From NCBI GenBank assembly GCA_964234715.1, contig OZ174276.1: a stretch of 64,000 nucleotides of DNA. One strand, given 5' to 3'. Below the pieces are notes generated by a model. The model ran no database searches. It worked only from the letters and a program-made list of their open reading frames with translations, and was not told the DNA's origin. The position numbers were made by a program, and so were the translations under genes. Source of the stretch: Podarcis melisellensis. Taxonomy: Eukaryota. Numbering within the stretch: position 1 is the stretch's first letter; every line of letters starts with the position of its first letter. This document shows, piece after piece, positions 12,953-25,000 of this stretch.

Positions 12953-14574
12953 AACTTGGGTCCAGGATACCTTAAGAATTGCCTTACAAATTAGGTTGCA
13001 CTTCAGCTTCCATCAGCCCCAGCCAGCATGGCAAAAGGTCAGGGATGTTGGGAGTTGGAGTCGAACGACTATTTTGGTGTTAAGCGGTATAAAAATTAAA
13101 GAATAAAAAGAATAAAACATCTGGAGGGCCAGAGCTTCCCTATCCCCGACATACAGCAAGGAACTGCACACTCTGGGGTGTAGAAGGCACATACAAAACT
13201 GTTGTTTTAACTGAGGATTTGAGCTATCCATTCATCCTCTGAATATGCCAGATTTTCAAAGCTTAGTGCACTCTGCTGCTCATTTCTAATAGACAACTGC
13301 TGAATGATCATCCATTTGTTTTTGACAGTAATGACTAACCCTGCTCTTTATACTGCTCCTCTCTTATAGAAGTCCAAATGAGCTCATGCTTCCATGTCAA
13401 TTTGAGGATATATTGAATTTGTTTCCAGGAAGACAATATAGAATTTCCAATCCAAAGTTCATGGGAGTGTTTAAAATGTGAAATGTCCTGATCTCATATT
13501 TGGATGACATTTCTACCTTCCTTTCACTTCTTGGTAGGAAAAAAAAAGCCACAGCTGAATTTAGAGGTTACTCTGATTTGTTTTGACCTTAAGATAATAG
13601 TGGAGAATTGAATCCAGAAGCTTTGTTTTTAAAGAACCAATTTTCTTCTTCCAGAAATAGCTCCCCCCCACAAATAGGATCCACTAATTATCATTCAAAC
13701 AAGATTGCATCTGCCTACACCAGGGTAAATCTCCTGGTTCCCTATGACATATATTAGAGGAGGCCTAGTCTTCATTATCTCTTCATGATATGCCCCCTTT
13801 CCTTATCTCTCATCCTCTTCCTTGTCCGCAACGCAAGAGAGAGATTCTCATCTTCTATAAAAGCAACAAATGGGGAAACTGCTGCAGTACAAATTCCCCC
13901 TCCAGATGTTGATAACCTGCAACTCCCATCCCCCCTTGACCATTGGCCATGCTGGAGTCCAACAACATCTGGAGAGCCATAGGTTCCGCAGCCCTTTCTA
14001 GATAAGTTATTCACTTCCCTGTGAGAACTGTTCCAGTGGGTGAACCAGATAAACAAGGACAAAATGAAGTGGGATAATTACAGACATTCCTAGAGCCTGG
14101 AAGTGTCCTGTAAGGCCTTTTGGCAAGAGGACTGTCAGCTGGCTTACAAGTGAAATGGTGATGCCCTTCATCCTCCTGCTTTGCTCAGAAAATCACTCTG
14201 CCTCAGGAAAAACCTGGTCTGCTGGGCTACAACAATTAAGAAAGTAAGACAAACCCATCCTGCTGCTTCCCACAATGGCCAACCATTGTTGGAGATGCAG
14301 AAAGCCCACAAGACACCAAGGCAATAGCCCCACCCTGCTATTTGCCACAAAGCAAGTGGTAATCAAGGGCATGCTACTTCTGAACAAAGGAGTTCCACCC
14401 AGCCACCATGCCTGATAGATAGCTTTATCTGCCATAAATTTGCCTAATCTACTTTTAGGAACAGAGAGAGGCTGTCTTACACCAAGTGAAGGTATTTATA
14501 AGTCAAGTGCATTTTTGTTTATTCTGACTGGCAGCAACTATCTAGGTTTTCCGGCAGAGCTCTCCCACACTACA

Positions 14575-14695
14575 GCAGTGTGTAGTGTAGCGGTTAGAGT
14601 GTTGGCCTAAGACCTGGGAGACCAGGGTTCAAATCCCCACTCGGCCACAAAGTTCACTGGGTGGCATTGAACCAGTCACAGTCTCTCAGCAGTCT
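14575..14695 (+). mobile_element. tRNA-derived SINE 5' part (MIR/Squam3-like)
   Basis: gtgtagcggttagagtgttgg...gacctgggagaccagggttcaaatccccactcggcca: A and B boxes followed by SINE body. Confidence 0.65.
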
Positions 14696-15902
14696 CTCGT
14701 GCCACTTTAGGCGCCAATTAATATCAGCGACTAGGGCTTAAAATGCCTACCACAACAGCGCAATCCTACACCTGTCTCCTAGTCAATTCCACCCAGTTCA
14801 ACAAGGCTTATTCCCAGGTAAGTGGATATTAGATTACAGTCTAAATTCCGAAATGCAAGGACTGCCACCTCCCGCTTCTGCAATTGCAGCACGGATTCAG
14901 AAACCTGAAAGATTTTAATGCCTAGTAGATTCAGACACAGATCACAGTGTTCAAAGTAAACACTTCAACCCCTCATTCATCACCCAGGAATGCTAATCCA
15001 GCATGGCCTTGAACTCAGCAACTCTTGCTGAGATGGGTGTGTGTGGCCCAGATTCCTCTTAAGGCCTGCGTCAGGGATGAATAAATGGAGGGACCATGTT
15101 TCAGAGTTTATTGCTCCACTTCCACTCTATCATACAGAAAAGCTGTCTGCTTGCCATGATAGAGTGATGCTCTTTCCTCCAAGATTGTTCCTATCTGTGT
15201 TTCCTCCGAGGCAAAGGACCAGCAGCCTCCAGCCAGCATGCTTGAGGGGTGGCTTTTGTAAGATTTTCTCTCCCTTCCAGGCTAATTAGAAACAGGTGCT
15301 TGTTTCCTGGGAATGACAGCAACCGGTTCTATAGGCTCACACCCTTAATTGTGAGCTATGCCAAATAACCTGTTTATTGAGTGCCTGGCTTGTACTTTAC
15401 ATTACGGTGAAGGAACACATGTCATTATCATCTTTATTAAATATTGTGAGAGCAGTAGGGCAGCTCTAGAGGCACTCTCGCCAAATCCAGTCCAAATGCG
15501 CCTTTCTCAAGCCCTTGGGGAGAAATGCGCCTGTCAGTTCAAAGCAGGAGCCCAGGCACTGAGTTCAAAGGAGAATTCCACCCTGCCCCTGTTTCCCATG
15601 ATATCACCCAGAAACCTCCTGCTCATACTGGGCAAAATTCTGCAGTTTTTAAAAGCAAGTTTCCTTCTTTTAATTGGCAATGAATGGATAAGTGCACAAA
15701 CCTTTCTGTGAGACTCTGTTAAAGATACATGAGGGCGATTTGCTGCCTGAAGCATATTGGGAGGAGAAGACTGATGTCTGAAATAGTGGCCTGATTCAGA
15801 CATAATGCTAAGACAACCTATGGATTAGTGTGAATGAGCAAGCATGTGGCAATGTAGAGAAAAAATCTGGCATTGCTGCTACCACATTACCAACAGCAAA
15901 AC

Positions 15903-16077
15903 CAGTGCTTTTTTTCTGGGGAGACGCAGGGGGACACATGCCCCTAAACATTTTGTGAATCTTTGTACTTTTGTCCATTTACTGTGTTTATTTTTCCTGA
16001 TTTGGACTATAAAATGGTGATGTTCTTGAGTCAAAATGAGAGTACCCCTAAACATTTTTTTAGAAAAAAAAGCACTG
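15903..16077. mobile_element. hAT-type MITE
   Basis: TIR cagtgcttttttt / aaaaaaagcactg; TSD agcaaaac / agcaaaaa (7 of 8 match). Confidence 0.8.
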
Positions 16078-16099
16078 AGCAAAACTATGTTTTATATAA

Positions 16100-16149
16100 T
16101 CTGTAAGCCACCCAGAGTGGCTGGGGAAACCCAGCCAGATGGGTGGGGA

Positions 16150-16199
<50 letters not shown>
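16100..16199 (+). mobile_element. L2-like LINE extreme 3' end with (TTA)n tail
   Basis: gtaagccacccagagtggctggggaaacccagccagatgggtgggg followed by a (TTA)n run. Confidence 0.7.
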
Positions 16200-16248
16200 G
16201 TTTGGCTTAGCATTACGTGCAAACCTGGTCTCATGGTATGTCTTGCTC

Positions 16249-16293
16249 CAAACAAACAAACAAACAAACAAACAAACAAACAAACAAACAAAC
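16249..16293 (+). repeat. (AAAC)n microsatellite
   Basis: Direct tandem array. Confidence 0.95.
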
Positions 16294-18961
16294 AGGGTTT
16301 TGCTGAGCATACTCTGCCATACACACTTTTGCCTGGTCTGAAATCTATGCTGACTGAAAGTGGCTCTTTGGGGGTTTCCAACAGGAGCCATTCCCAGTCC
16401 AAACTGGAGATGCTGGGGATGGATGGATGGAACCTGGGACCTTCTGCATGCAAAGCAGATGCTCCAACACAGTCCTTCCCAGAGCAAGTGGGAGCTGCTC
16501 AGCTTTCGCAGCCTCCACTGCAGGCTGAGAGCCAAATGCCTCAGACCCTGAGGAGTGAGAAGGAAGCTGACATCAGAGCTGGCAGCATGCGTACATACAG
16601 CTTATCCATTGGATCGCCATCGGAGCAACATCTGTTTTCTGTGTCTTCTTGGGCAGGGTGCCAAGCTTCTAACAATATGCAGCCTCATAGACCCATCTGT
16701 GCCCGGGATATCTTATTTGCCCGCTGAAGCTCTCAGATGGCAACAGCTCCATGTGGGGACCCTGCAAGCAGCAGCATCTGTCACCAGCGCCATCCTGCCC
16801 TGCCCGCTTTTGAAGGAGCCCCTCGCAAGAAAGATCATGAAAAGGAGGCCGCTCTGAGCGAAAGCTAATGATCTTTCTGGCTCGAAGAGCATTCTCTCCC
16901 CGAGGCAGAGGCGGCGCTTCCGCAGCCCACAGCCGCCAAGCCCAATCGCTGCAGACAGTGTTTTCGTAACCCCCACCACCTGGGTGGCAACCAGCACATC
17001 TGCTGCCTGGATGAACTAAAGCAGAGCTTGACCTTCCTGTTCTCCAGAAGGCAGCTCAGTCGGCTGCTAAAAAGAGGAGGGAGAGAAGAACTGAAAATGC
17101 AATTCAGATTTCTCAGCTATCTGCTCCTCGAACTTTAAAGAAGTTCCAGGTTTCACCTCGAAAGAAGTTCGCGCACCCACAGCTATGTCAGTCATGGAAG
17201 AGGTAGTCTCTTTCCTTCCACCAGGCACAGGCTCTGGAATCTGCTCCCTTCATCCCGATGCTGTCTGACAGCTGTCGGCAGCTGAGCAAGGTGAGCCAGG
17301 AGTTGAGTCAGAGCTGAGGAATCAAGCCAGGAAGGCTTTGCTACTCAGGCAGGATCCCAGCCCAAATGGCAAGCCTTTTACAGGTCTTCCTGTCCAAGAT
17401 GACCCAATGGGGTGGAGCCAATCCAAAATGACCCAATGGGGCGGAGCCAATACATAGCCAACTTTGCTGCCAGGAACTATACTTCTCATAGGTCACAACG
17501 TGGGGCAGCTAGACACAGATTTCTGGTCCTAGCCCTCACCTAGAAGTTATTCCGGCCAATGTGGCACCCTCTAGATGTTGTGTACTACAACTCACAGCAG
17601 CATAGTCAATGATCAGGGATGATGTGGGGCATAGGTTCCCCATCCCTGTTCTAAAGGCAGGATTCACATTTTCTAGGTCCCAAACCCCTCGGAACTCAGG
17701 ACAACTTCACCTCACTTGCTTCAGATCAGAGAAGCTGGGTTCATCCTGGGAAGGGGGAAATAGACAACACATTTTGCCAATCCCCACCAGTTCCTTCCAT
17801 AGGAGGCCATTTCAGGCTGGTTCTCCCCCTCTTTTTCATAGTTCTTTCTGAGGCTTATATGCCATCAGGAGAAATCTGAGAGCTTGCAGCCTCTCATCAG
17901 CTCCACCCTTACCCATCTGGGCTGATGGGTCTAGTGCAGATATGCAGAACCAATGGCCTGCCACATATAATTGGACTCAAAAGTTTGGTCAGCATCATTA
18001 AGCATGGGAAAATATCAGGGATGATTGGGAGCTGGAGTCCAGCAACACCTGAGAGGGTCACAGGTTCCTCATGACTGTTCTACTGGCTTTTTCTCCATCA
18101 CTGGGAACAGCTTCCTTTCTGAAGCTGCTATCAGTGAACCAATCCAGGGTAGCTAGGTCACATAGAATGGCAACCTTCATTACTACAACACACTAAGGCC
18201 CAAGCCTAGGCATTTTGGGGGGAAGCAAATAATGCAGAAGCCAAGAGAAAGCAGAGCAACTTAAAGGTTGCTTGTGAGAAAGAGGAGTGGCAGAAGCGAT
18301 GCACCTCTAATGGATCCTTTAAGTTCCCCAGTAAGACATCTGGCTGGCCACTGTGAGAACAGGATGCTGGAGTAGGTTGGCCTTTGGTCTGATCCAGCAG
18401 AACTCTCTTGTGTTAAGGCAGACAAAGGTGAGAAGAATATCAGTGAATTGTGGTTACATTCCCATCCCATGACCCTTGCACGTTAGCCATCACTCACTGT
18501 GCTGAGTAAGGAGGCTAATGGAGAGAGTTAACATTATGGAGCCACAGACCTGGTTAAGCCATGAAGGACTGTTGGTCATGGGTTTATTTCATGTTTTTAG
18601 AGGAGACTTGGATGACTCTGGTCCCATAACCCCAATTTCTCTGGGCAGCTTCCACAGGAGGCTTTTGAAGCCACTCAAAGAGAGCTACAAATCCCTAAGA
18701 AGCAAGCCTGCAGAGGATGGGGTGGACCAGTGGCAGAGCTTCATGCTCCGGCACTGGGGGGCAGAGAGCAGGTGGGGGCATGGTGCGCCGTCTGCAGGGG
18801 CGTGGCACCCACGCAGGCAGGGGCAGTCATAATGGCACCCCACTGGGATTGTGCTGCTGGGGGTGGTGTGTTCCCCCTGCTCCCCTCTTCCTCCACCAGT
18901 GGGGTGGACTCCCCTATTTGGCACCCAGGTAACTTTGGCACCCAGGTAACTATCAATCACT

Positions 18962-19314
18962 GGGATGTGGGTGATGCTGTGGGTTAAACCACAGAGCTTA
19001 GGACTTGCTGATCAGAAGGTTGGCAGTTCGAATCCCTGCGATGGGGTGAGCTCCCATTGCTCGGTCCCTGTTCCTGCCAACCTAGCAGTTCGAAAGCACG
19101 TCAAAGTGCAAGTAGATAAAAAGGTACTGCTCCGGCAGGAAAGTAAACGGCATTTCCATGCACTGCTCTGGTTCGCCAGAAGTGGCTTTTGTCATGCTGT
19201 CCACATGACCCGGAAGCTGTACGCTGGCTCCCTTGGCCAATAAAGTGAGATGAGTGCCGCAACCCCAGAGTCAGTCACGACTGGACCTAATGGTCAGGGG
19301 TCCCTTTACCTTTT
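18962..19314 (+). mobile_element. Sauria SINE
   Basis: Full-length body ending ggtccctttaccttt; 12-bp TSD taactatcaatc (18947-18958, 19315-19326). Confidence 0.9.
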
Positions 19315-20530
19315 TAACTATCAATCGGGCTGAAATTCTGAACATTTTCATTGCCTACTCAAACCAAAATGTAACACTTAGAAACCACTGAGATAAAAAT
19401 AAATAAACATCAAAAGTAATATGAGTTAGCCCAAACCTCTTCAAGTGAAAGCATTGCCAGAAACTTTATCCAAAAAACACACCGAGCTTTCTTCTGGTTT
19501 TGTCCTTCAGACCTCAGTGAAAAGGAAAACATTGCTCTAACATGTGGAAGGGTTTGCTTTTGTGCTTCAGCAACTTTTGCAGTAATAACAGTGAACTCTC
19601 TCTTCTAAAACAAACCATTGTGCTTTCCAATATATAAAGAAAGAAGGAAATTAATTCTGGCTGCAAGGATAGTGGTTGATTAAGAAATACAAACCAGGGT
19701 TGCCAGATTATCAGGTTGGAACTGTCAACACAGAACCTTCAAATTATTGGATTTTGCTTCAAAATTCTCATGCCCAGTGGTGGGGCCTAGGAACTGGGAG
19801 AAAATTAAATTCAGTTTGCATTTGAAGATGAACAACATAATTTGCACTTTCCAAAACAATACGTGAACTGAAACACAGCAGTGCTTCAAAATTTGTGCTC
19901 TCCATATTTCACAATGCATATTTCCAACCTATGGCTCACGCACACTTCCACTTGTCCCACCACTTTCCCTTGGGAAAAGCTGCTATTTGCTGCTGAATTG
20001 GGACAAATGTCTATGGCAATTTTTCATGTGATCTGCTGAGTATAATCATGCAAGGAAGTGGAGCTGCCTGCACTACACATTCTATGGTCATTCAGTGGTC
20101 ATTCTCCACTTTCTTGTTTTCTCGAACGCCACAAAAAATAGGTGCAAAACATTTTTGTTTAGTTTGGATAGGAGCCATCTTCCTAGCTGTAGTTCTATTC
20201 CTTCTTCAGTATGAAAGTCTTTCAATGAAAGTGAATTTATGTCTTTGCAACCATGACCACCCCCTTGCCTCCGAGAATATGGTAACTTCTATTAATTTCT
20301 TTTGGCATAAGCTAAACACAGGTGCTATATAGTCCAATCTCAAGGATCACTCTCTTCCCCAAACCCACCTTTAAAAAATAACAACAACACTTCATTCAAT
20401 ATATTGGAATATGCAGGGTTGCAACTGTGCAAATTCACCATGTACCAAGAAAACTTTAAACATGTAATTCAATGAAGATGTATCATCAATACCAGTAATA
20501 TAACACCACTTGGATGCTCCTTTTGGTTAA

Positions 20531-20858
20531 GCAGTGGCGCTGTGGGTTAAATCACAGGGCCTAGGGCTTGTCAGTGGTTCAAATCCCCGCGATGGGGTCA
20601 GCTCCCGTTGTTCAGTCTCTGCTCCTGCCAACCTAGCAGTTCGAAAGCACCAAGTGCAAGTAATAAATAAGTACGCTTTAGTGGGAAGGTAAATGGTGTT
20701 TCCGTGTGCTGCTCTGATTCGCCAGAAGCAGCTTAGTCATGTTGGCCACATGACCCGGAAGCTGTACACCGGCTCCCTCAGCCAGTAAAGCGAGATGAGC
20801 GCCGCAACCCCAGAGTTGTCTGCAACTGGACCTAATGGTCAGGGGTCCCTTTACCTTT
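20531..20858 (+). mobile_element. Sauria SINE
   Basis: Same family as 18962-19314; ends ggtccctttaccttt; short flanking ttaagc repeat. Confidence 0.88.
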
Positions 20859-21639
20859 TTAAGCTTTCCTAACAAAATAGAGGACAGTACCCCAACTCTT
20901 CAGTAATTTTGTTCAGATTGGGATTTGGCCACAACAGATGATTGGCTCTCTGATGGTGATGTAGCAAGTCAACCCAGAATGCCTTACCTTTCAGTGCGCT
21001 CTTAAAAGGGACTGCCATGATTGTTTTCGTCCGTGTCAAGTGATTGAAGATGTCCCTCTGAGAAGGCTCTAAGAGATCCTTTAAGAAAATATCCATTTGT
21101 CAGGCTTAATAAGATACAGGTTGGCACACAGCAAACAGGATGCATTTCTGTTTCTTTTGCTCTCCCAGAAGGTAGGTGCAGTTTAGTAAGTTGCAAATGC
21201 CTGCCAGTAAACAGGGCGGTTGCCATAGAGCTGCTATATTGAAGTCCTGCTCAAGGAAATAAAGGCTCACGAGGGACATTGCTAAGTTCACAGACCATCT
21301 AAAATGAAGAGGTGTTTTATCATTCACTTCCATAATTATGAGGCACTTTGGTGCAAAAGTTTGTTTCACACAACACAAGGCAGTGCGATAACCTTGAGCG
21401 TCTTTTCTATTAACAGTTGTAGACAATGCCTCATGCAAAAACTATGATTACAGAATGGAAGTTTATGCAAATTGCCATAATTAATCAAGCTGCCCTTCGA
21501 GGACCAATGCTTTTTCGGCATTACTCATGGACCAGTACTAAACAGACTGTTCTTTACCTTCCCTGTGTCTCTTTTTCCATGCCATTTACCACCTCTTTTT
21601 AGTTCAGTTCCCATGTTGGCTAATGGAGCAATGCAAATT

Positions 21640-21918
21640 AAGACTGAGCAAAACAGAGCAATATAGCATGAAGCCCTTGGCCAGGCAGAGAGCCTTCTTG
21701 GTAGTGGCGCCCGCCCTGTGGAATGCCCTCCCATCAGATGTCAAGGAAATAAACAACTATCTGACGTTTAGAAGACAGGCAGCCCTGTTTAGGGAAGTTT
21801 TTAATGCCTGATGTTTTATCATGTTTTTAATGTTCTGTTGGGAGCCGCCCAGAGTGACTGGGGAAACCCAGCCAGGTGGGTGGGGTATAAATAATAAATT
21901 ATCATCATCATCATCATC
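21640..21918 (+). mobile_element. L2-like LINE 3' fragment (ORF2 C-terminus, 3' UTR and simple-repeat tail)
   Basis: Translates RAFLVVAPALWNALP, the typical L2/CR1-clade ORF2 end, then the shared 3' UTR and a (TCA)n tail. Confidence 0.75.
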
Positions 21919-21954
21919 GACTGCTAGTGTCATCTGGCTCCGTACCGTCAACAC

Positions 21955-22077
21955 CAGGGTTTCCCAAACTTGGGTCTCCATCTGTTTTTTGGACTATAAT
22001 TCCCATCATCCTGATAGCTAGGGATGATGGGAGTTGTAGTCCAACAACAACTGGAGATCCAAGTTTGGGAAACCCTG
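21955..22077. mobile_element. Palindromic hAT-type MITE
   Basis: Long TIR cagggtttcccaaacttgggtctcca / tggagatccaagtttgggaaaccctg; degenerate 8-bp TSD gtcaacac / gtctacat. Confidence 0.8.
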
Positions 22078-25000
22078 GTCTACATGGACTGACACTGGAT
22101 TTCCAAAGTTTGAGGCAGAGGCCTTTCCCAGCCCTGCTTAGAGATTTCAAGGCTTGAACCTGGAACCTTCTGCATGCAAATCATGGGTTCTACCATTGAG
22201 CTACAACCCTTCCTGGTGTCATGAATACTGTATATGGTACCTAAGGAAGGCTCTCTCTTCTTTCCTGACTATCAGGTGCAATGGGAAGTTCAAGTCCCTC
22301 TGGAAGAAACCCTCTCATGTGTTATCGTGCTAGTAGGAGTGGTTTTCTCCTGCAAATAGAATTAGGAATCAATACTCATGCAGCTGTTGTTCTGCTCTGC
22401 TCCTTGAGGCTCCTTTGGTGTAAATCATTGTGGCAGCCTCATACCACTCTCCAACATACCATTGTAGATTATTGCTAGGAGCTGGGATTATGACATAGTT
22501 GGCACAGTAATCCAGTTATATTATTCCTCCATTTTAGGGATCTTGCATCCTGCAGCTCTGCTAGCTAAGTTGCCTTCAAGCCTTGGTGGAATTAAAAGAT
22601 TTACAACTGAGAACATGTTGTGTCAGCTACCAGGCAACTGCAGGGCAAATACATAGAAGAGTTGGGCACATGGGAGCCTAAGTGAGAGTTTGATTATGCT
22701 TTCTAAGGATGTGCCTTCATGGAAGCTTCCTGCACTGGTAGTCTGTGGTAAGTTAACGTGTACAAAGCATCATTTGAACAATCATGCCCTGCTGAGAAGA
22801 TTTTGCAGAATTCCATCAGTGTAAATGCTGCAAATGTCCCCTTTCTCTTGGGTTGATGAATGGGGATCAGCCCTGTTGTTCTGCAGATTGAGGTGGTGGT
22901 GGGGTCCAGCCCTATGAGCTCAACAAAAACTTAATAACACTATGACTTATGTAAAACAGCTGGCAATTTCTTCCAAGTTTGGTCGGCATTGACAGAAAGT
23001 GAAGATGAGGAAAGGAGAGGAACAGAGATGGGAAGGAGGCAGAGAGCAGTGAAAAGGAGATTAGGTGCATAAGAATTAGACAGATGGTGTGGTGGGAAAT
23101 TGCTGATGAATAGCCCCAGAGGAGCAGGCAAAAGCAGGTGAAGAGAGAGTGCCCCAAACAGGCAAGAGGACACAGAGAGAAAGTTGGTGTATACCCAGTC
23201 AAGCCACTAGTCCATCCAGTTCAATATTGACTGTATACTGACAGTCAGTGGCTCTCCAGGGGTTCAGACAGGGGCCTCTCCCAGCTTTATCTGGAGATCC
23301 TGGGCATTCAACTTGGGACCCTTTTCATACAATGGATATGGTTTTTTATGGCACACCACAGAGTTATGGCCCTCTCCCTTAAGGAAATTGACAAAGCTCT
23401 GTGGAAAGGTGGGGGAGGCAAAAGGACAAAAGGTTGAGAGCTAAAAGAACCATAGAGAATGGGGCAGGGAAGGAAGCAGGAACAGAGAAGTAAGTTCCCA
23501 GTTGGCCAAGATGATGGAACAAGAAGGCAGTCTGTGACTGAGCATGGCAACCTATATGGCAAGAGGTTCTGTGGGGCCCAAAAGAGGCCTTGACCAAGGA
23601 AGATTTATACCTAGTGTTGGGGTTGTCCAACAGGGGCTTATAGAAGAGCGTAGCCCAACTGTACTACAAATTCCAGCAAACTTATTTGTTGAATTGGTAA
23701 CCTGGCCTTAGAGTGTTGTTATAGCCCACAGGGGACATTGTGAAGTGGGTAGTCCCAAAGTGCTACTCCCTATCAAGGTAGTGGTACCCATGAGCCTCTG
23801 CAGGAATTATCCCAGAGAGGTAAAACACTGAAAGGGGAGGAGCAGGCTAGTTTCACACACACAAAAAGATAGGAGAATACCGCCTGTACATTTTGCTTCA
23901 TATCTGAGGTTCTAAAAATGTTAGAAACTTACTTTTTTTTTGTAAAATGATAGGAATCTGGGGGTTATGGGTCATGGGCGAGGAGCACCTGTCCACTTTA
24001 TCTCCTAACCCACAGATGCCCATGACAGTACTCTAACCTCACCAGCATTTCAATGCTACTATAAATCCTCCTCAAACCCCTGTTGGACTGAGCATTGTAA
24101 ATGGTATGTTTCTGCAGGAGATATTTCTGTTCCTGTTGCTGCCAGGTTGGAAGCAATCTGAGATAAATGATTTTCTAACAGGAATACTGGAAGAGTCACT
24201 GTGGGGGAAGCTTCCCTGAGGTAAAATCAAGACTGTCAAAGCAAAGAATGATGCACTTTTTTGGCATCCTCAGAAGAAAGAGAGAGAGAGAGAGATGCCT
24301 CTTGTAGATCTAGATTAAGTCATCCTCCTGGCAGGCTCACAGCTCACACTGGAACTGTGCATGTGATGCTGTACAGTGTGGGAGTCACAAACAACTGGCA
24401 GGGAGTCAACTAGGGAAAAGACAATGCAAGAAACCACAAAGGCCAGGGCTACTTGGACTGGCTTGAAATCCAAGGCTCCAAGTCAACATCTCTCCTTGTG
24501 TCAGGAGTCCACTGGAAGGCTGCCACTCCAAGTGGCTGGACACTCTGTAACAACATCCTCTCTCCTTTGAGTTCCTGCAGCCTCTTCCTCACTTTCATTT
24601 CCTCTCTGCATCCGCCTCAGGGGCATGGTGCAACCCAGAGATACAGGCATTGGTTCTTTGTTACCTGCTAGGCATTACCTGCACCACTGCTACTAATATT
24701 GTTGAAGTATTGTGACTTCTCCACATGGTAGAAAGCTCCTGAGGCAAAGCAGTTACGCAAGTTTGGTTCCCTTTGGAAGGTGGTCAGTGGAGTCTTGATA
24801 GCATTTTGTATAATTTATTTGCAGATACATAGATTGAGTAGAACTGGAGCCCCAGTTTGCACATGACAGCAGATAGCCAAACCGTTGTCCACTTCAGATC
24901 TCCAAAGAGGTGTGTCCCAAAGCTGCTTACAGAACCCAAACTCACCTTTCTGCCCTCTTGGTTTTCTCAGTCTTTCTTCTTCCCGACTTCAACCACAGCT

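Noticed and set aside
13775-13856. Minus-strand acceptor followed by a short purine-rich ORF (EDENLSLALRTRKRMRDKERGHIMKR*)
   Set aside because: No convincing donor site, no homology, and adjacent to a repeat.
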